A stretch of DNA of 64,000 nt from Lepidodermella squamata (Eukaryota; Animalia; Gastrotricha). Positions 60,045-64,000 of this stretch are shown piece after piece; position 1 is the first letter of the stretch, and the number at the start of each line of letters is the position of its first letter. The stretch covers positions 1,922,001 to 1,986,000 of the forward strand of contig JBLDXI010000015.1 in assembly GCA_047495785.1 (NCBI GenBank), written 5' to 3'. The notes under the pieces are model-generated. The model made no database searches. It was not told where the DNA came from and was given only the letters and a program-made list of their open reading frames with translations. Both the position numbers and the translations under genes were made by a program.

Positions 60045-61918
60045 ATGGCGAAACTAATAGAATGTGTACCCAATTTTTCAGAGGGGAGGTCAAAGGAGGT
60101 AACTCTAATCACATTGTTGTTCAACAGTTTCACACAATACCTATGTTTCTACTTCAAGGTCATTCAAGCTATTTCATCCGCTATTTCCGATACTCCAAAT
60201 GTCAAATTGCTCGATGTCGATCCAGGAACTTCAACCAATCGAACGGTTTACACCTTTGTTGGATCACCGTCTGGATGTGTCGAGGCGGCTTTGGCAGCGG
60301 CTCGAGTGGCTTATCGATTAATCGATATGACAAAACAATCGGGAGAGCATCCCCGCATGGGAGCTCTTGACGTTTGCTTCTCTATCTAAGAAGAAATAAC
60401 AGTTCTAACCATCTACTGCATTTTTCCAGGTTTGCCCATTCGTTCCTTTGAATCCAGAGGATATGGCAATATGCATTCAGTGCGCAAATGAGTTTGGGAA
60501 GCGCCTTTCCGAAGAGCTGAAAGTCCCAGTATATCTCTACAACGAAGCTGTGACTGATCCAAGCAAAGATTACCGCAAAACGCTGCCCCAAATTCGAGCA
60601 GGCGAATACGAAGCCTTTGCTCAGGGGAAGGCATCGAAGCCCGAATGGAAGCCAGATTTTGGACCGACTGATTTCAACGCGCGATGGGGCGCCACCGTTA
60701 CTGGGGCTAGAAAGTTTCTGGTCGCCTACAACATCAATGTTCTTGGAACGAAAGAACAAGCCCACCGCATTGCATTGAACATCCGTGAGCAGGGCCGTGG
60801 TCCTAAGGAGCCGGGTAAGTTCAAGCATCTGCAGGCTATTGGATGGTACCTGGAAGAGGCAGCGATGGCTCAGATTTCGACAAACATTCTCGACTTTGAT
60901 GAAACACCAATGCATCGAGTTTTGGAGGAAAGCAAGCTTGATGCTGCCGAGATGAAAGTTGGCATTGCAGGGTCAGAGCTTGTCGGTCTAGTTCCTCTGA
61001 AAGCAATGCTCGATTGCGCTGAGTACTACATTAAGAAAGAAGGGCTCTTTGTTCTGGAGGAGTCGCAGAAAATTCGCCTGGTTATTGACAGACTCGGCTT
61101 ATCATCGATCAAGCCTTTCAAACCAGAAGAGCGTATCATTGGTATTGAAATCCCTTTGTCTGTTACAATGTAAAGCTTTACTTCTTCCTTCAGAGTATCT
61201 TGTCGGGGCGAATAAGCTTGGGAAATTGGCATCCTTGTCTGTTGCTGATTACGTCAGAAATGTAGCAGCACGCACGCCAGTGCCCGGTGGAGGCTCCGTC
61301 TCAGCAGTAGTTGGTGCAATGGGCGCTGCTTTAGCTACAATGGCGGGCATGCTAACATTCGGAAATCGTAAATTCGAAAAGGTCGATCCTGAAATGCGAA
61401 AATTGATTCCTGAATTCCACGCTGCTATCGCCAAGTGTTTGCCCCTCATTGACGCTGATGCCACGGCATTTGCGGTGAGCTTTCTGTTCAAAATCCTCGT
61501 AATTCAAAATTTCCATCTTGCTTCAATATAGGATTACGTCGAAGCGAATCGCGAATTCAATGCCGTTGCGAAGAGTGGAGACGCAGAGAAAATATCCGCG
61601 GCTGAGAAAAAGCTGAGTGAAGCTGCCTTAAGATCGGTCAAAGTTCCACTGGATCTGGTGCTATTACTGGATTCTTTATGGCAACCTTTGGGCGAGCTTG
61701 CGAAATATGTCAACCCAGTGGCGACGTCTGACGTTCGCGTCGCTGGGCATTGCCTAGCTGCTGCAATTCATGGAGCGGCTGCGAACGTTAACATTAATTT
61801 GCCCAATTTGAGGCAGCGAGATGATGCTTTGGAAGCAAGCTTGACGCTCGGCAAAGTTGCTGACGCTTCTGCGGATAAGAAGCTAGCTCAGGCCCTGAAA
61901 GGTCTTCCCGATGCTTGA
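60045..61918 (+). CDS. FTCD: Formimidoyltransferase-cyclodeaminase
   Basis: [97 protein letters not shown]; four short GT-AG introns. Confidence 0.97.
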
Positions 61919-62456
61919 CCAAAATGATGGCAATAGGATGACTGATACATTTTGATTTAATTACGGACGAAAGCCCTGTGAAAAATCTTGCATCTACTTT
62001 TTTATTCGACAAACGTGAATGTCGAATCATGTGGATTTTACGCTTTCTCGCTTTCTCGAAACATTTCTACGCTTTCTGCCGCTATATTAACGCTTGTATG
62101 ATGTATCGTCGCGTAGAAAATAGGAAGAGATATTAAGGTGCTTTTAGTAATGCCTTTAATCGATAACTCTGGATTCGACTCAAGACGCTAGCGAATAGCG
62201 AATAGAGGTAAATTATTACATAGATGTTAGCGTTAAGAAATTGCTTGGCTATTAAGTTTTCCCCGAATAAAGAAGATTATCGGTATCAAATTTTCAGCGC
62301 CATCCGTGACAAGAAACAAAAAAGGGGACAATTCTTTCTACGAGCATGGTGGCTTTATACAACTTGGATACTTATGTAACTTGGAATGTAATACCGCGCA
62401 CGAGCACTTAGAGGTGCTAATTGACAAGATTGAATTTATCACTGCTCGAAAAAGTA

Positions 62457-62530
62457 AGGTTCCGGCGGGGTTCGAACCCGCGACCTTCTGCGTGTAAAGC
62501 AGACGTGATGAACCACTACACAACGGAACC
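62457..62530 (-). tRNA. tRNA-Val (TAC)
   Basis: Anticodon arm TCTGC-TTTACAC-GCAGA. Confidence 0.92.
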
Positions 62531-62875
62531 TTGATGGAAACAAAACTGCTCGAGCGATTCGAAAATAGGTGAAATATATAAGAATGGAGGAAGAATTCCT
62601 GAATCGGTTATCGAAACCTGGTCGAGTCTCGGAATCCGGGCCACTTGAATATCGTTAGGACGCGCCAAAACAATCACTTTGTTTACTCATTCGATTGGAA
62701 TTTAAGGATTTTAAACGTATTAATGAAGCACCTTCGGCTTTTTTGAGCACTGATAGTAATTTGCATTTACGTTCAAGTGTCGAACGCACTTTCCATAAAA
62801 AATCTATAAATAGTAAAGTGTTATGGCTCGTCGCTAACAATATCAGTTAGGGTCCATTTTTCAAAAAGTTGAAGC

Positions 62876-62949
62876 TGCCCCCTGTGAGGATCGAACTCAC
62901 GACCTCCAGATTATGAGACTGGCGCTCTAGCCAACTGAGCCAAGGAGGC
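62876..62949 (-). tRNA. tRNA-Met (CAT), elongator type
   Basis: Identical to 57827-57900. Confidence 0.95.
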
Positions 62950-63020
62950 GCTTGTGTTCACCCTTGATCCTATTCTCCTAATCAATTGGGCATTAAATGA
63001 TTGAGGGAAAAAGAGAGCCG

Positions 63021-63092
63021 AGGCCCAGACGGGGATCGAACCCGCGACCTTCTGTTTACAAGACAGATGCTCTACCACTAAGCTACTGAGCC
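63021..63092 (-). tRNA. tRNA-Thr (TGT)
   Basis: Identical to 57977-58048. Confidence 0.95.
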
Positions 63093-63162
63093 GGCTGATA
63101 GCTGAAAGTTTTGGTGAATTTTTCCTTTGGAATCGATTGATTCAAGAGGATAAATAAGTTAA

Positions 63163-63234
63163 CGACCCAGATGGGACTCGAACCCACAATCTCCGGCTCC
63201 GGAGGCCGACGCCTTACCATTAGGCCACTAGGCC
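63163..63234 (-). tRNA. tRNA-Arg (CCG)
   Basis: Identical to 58116-58187. Confidence 0.93.
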
Positions 63235-63251
63235 GGTGCATGGCTAGCTAT

Positions 63252-63288
63252 TGGCGCTTTAGCCAACTGAGTCAAGGGGGCGCTTGTG
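63252..63288 (-). pseudogene. Truncated 5' half of tRNA-Met with upstream flank
   Basis: tggcgctttagccaactgagtcaagggggcgcttgtg vs tggcgctctagccaactgagccaaggaggcgcttgtg (3 mismatches). The anticodon and T arms are absent. Confidence 0.8.
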
Positions 63289-64000
63289 ATCAAGAATGTG
63301 AAAAATGCACCACTTATTCTTTAATCGAGATGTTATCTTGGTTTGTTAACTATTGATGCTATGAAAATTTGAAAATCAATTCATATTATCATTAAATTGT
63401 CACCAGCAAAGCAAAGCAATCGTGCAATAGGCCATAAATCGGTTTACCATGAACGCTAGCAAGCTAGCCTCAACTTAGCCTCAACTACATTAATTCGGTC
63501 AAAAAAGTCTAAAACCAGCAGTCAGACCATTTTCACTCGGGCGGCATCGAAAACAATTAATTGCCCCAATAAGTCTCGAAACCACAACCGATACCTTCGA
63601 TAGAGCTTTTTGAAATTATAATGAATAAACGAACAGCCCAAATGTGAAATAGAGTGAGTAGAACCTGTTAACAAAATTTAAAATCACAAAATTTAAAGTT
63701 CGACCATCAGGCGAGTTCTCAGGCCAAGATCCATTCAAATAGTGCAACTAATAGCTTACAAATTGAAGTCTTAATTACTCCAAATCGTTGCTTCCGCACG
63801 TCAATCATAAATATCGAATTAAAAATTCTCATAAATTTATAACCATCCTGCTCTTAATCCACAGATATTTAATATGCGAAAGCTGATTTCTGCGGCAGTG
63901 AAATACATTTATTGATTGCAAGCAAATTGAGTTTGACATAGTTATCGCCTCGTGAGAATTTCGATTATTTCTCGTACTTCTTTGGAATTCTTCAAACATT

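Noticed and set aside
1-64000. CRISPR arrays, rRNA or prokaryotic systems
   Set aside because: No repeat-spacer arrays or rRNA were seen, and the sequence is clearly spliceosomal-intron-containing animal DNA.

Overview
Gene-dense, AT-rich genomic DNA from a metazoan with a compact genome. The taxon cannot be determined from this window. Most introns are GT-AG and about 47-57 nt, with a few 0.5-2 kb introns that hold transposon relics. I reconstructed spliced genes by hand: a ROS1/Sevenless-like receptor ectodomain (partial), PIP5K1, AEBP2/Jing, a Cys-loop ion channel with pseudogenic fragments, EMC8/9, intronless SSRP1, RanGAP1, APEX1, MCC, CCHCR1, LIN52, a DUF288/STELLO-like protein, a Thr-rich mucin-like protein, a short MIS18BP1/KNL2-like SANT protein and FTCD. 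Twelve tRNA genes lie in two regularly spaced clusters flanking FTCD. There are also several MITE-like elements and a Tc1/mariner transposase relic. The most notable pattern is an inferred spliced-leader (SL) trans-splicing and operon system. Thirteen genes have an unpaired 3' splice acceptor 4-49 nt before the ATG, and in seven of them the distance is 11-12 nt. Four same-strand gene pairs are tightly linked: SSRP1>EMC8, RanGAP1>APEX1, LIN52>CCHCR1 and AEBP2>PIP5K1. In three of these pairs the upstream gene's AATAAA lies only about 36-59 nt before the downstream gene's acceptor. No SL RNA gene was found in the window, so this system needs transcript evidence.
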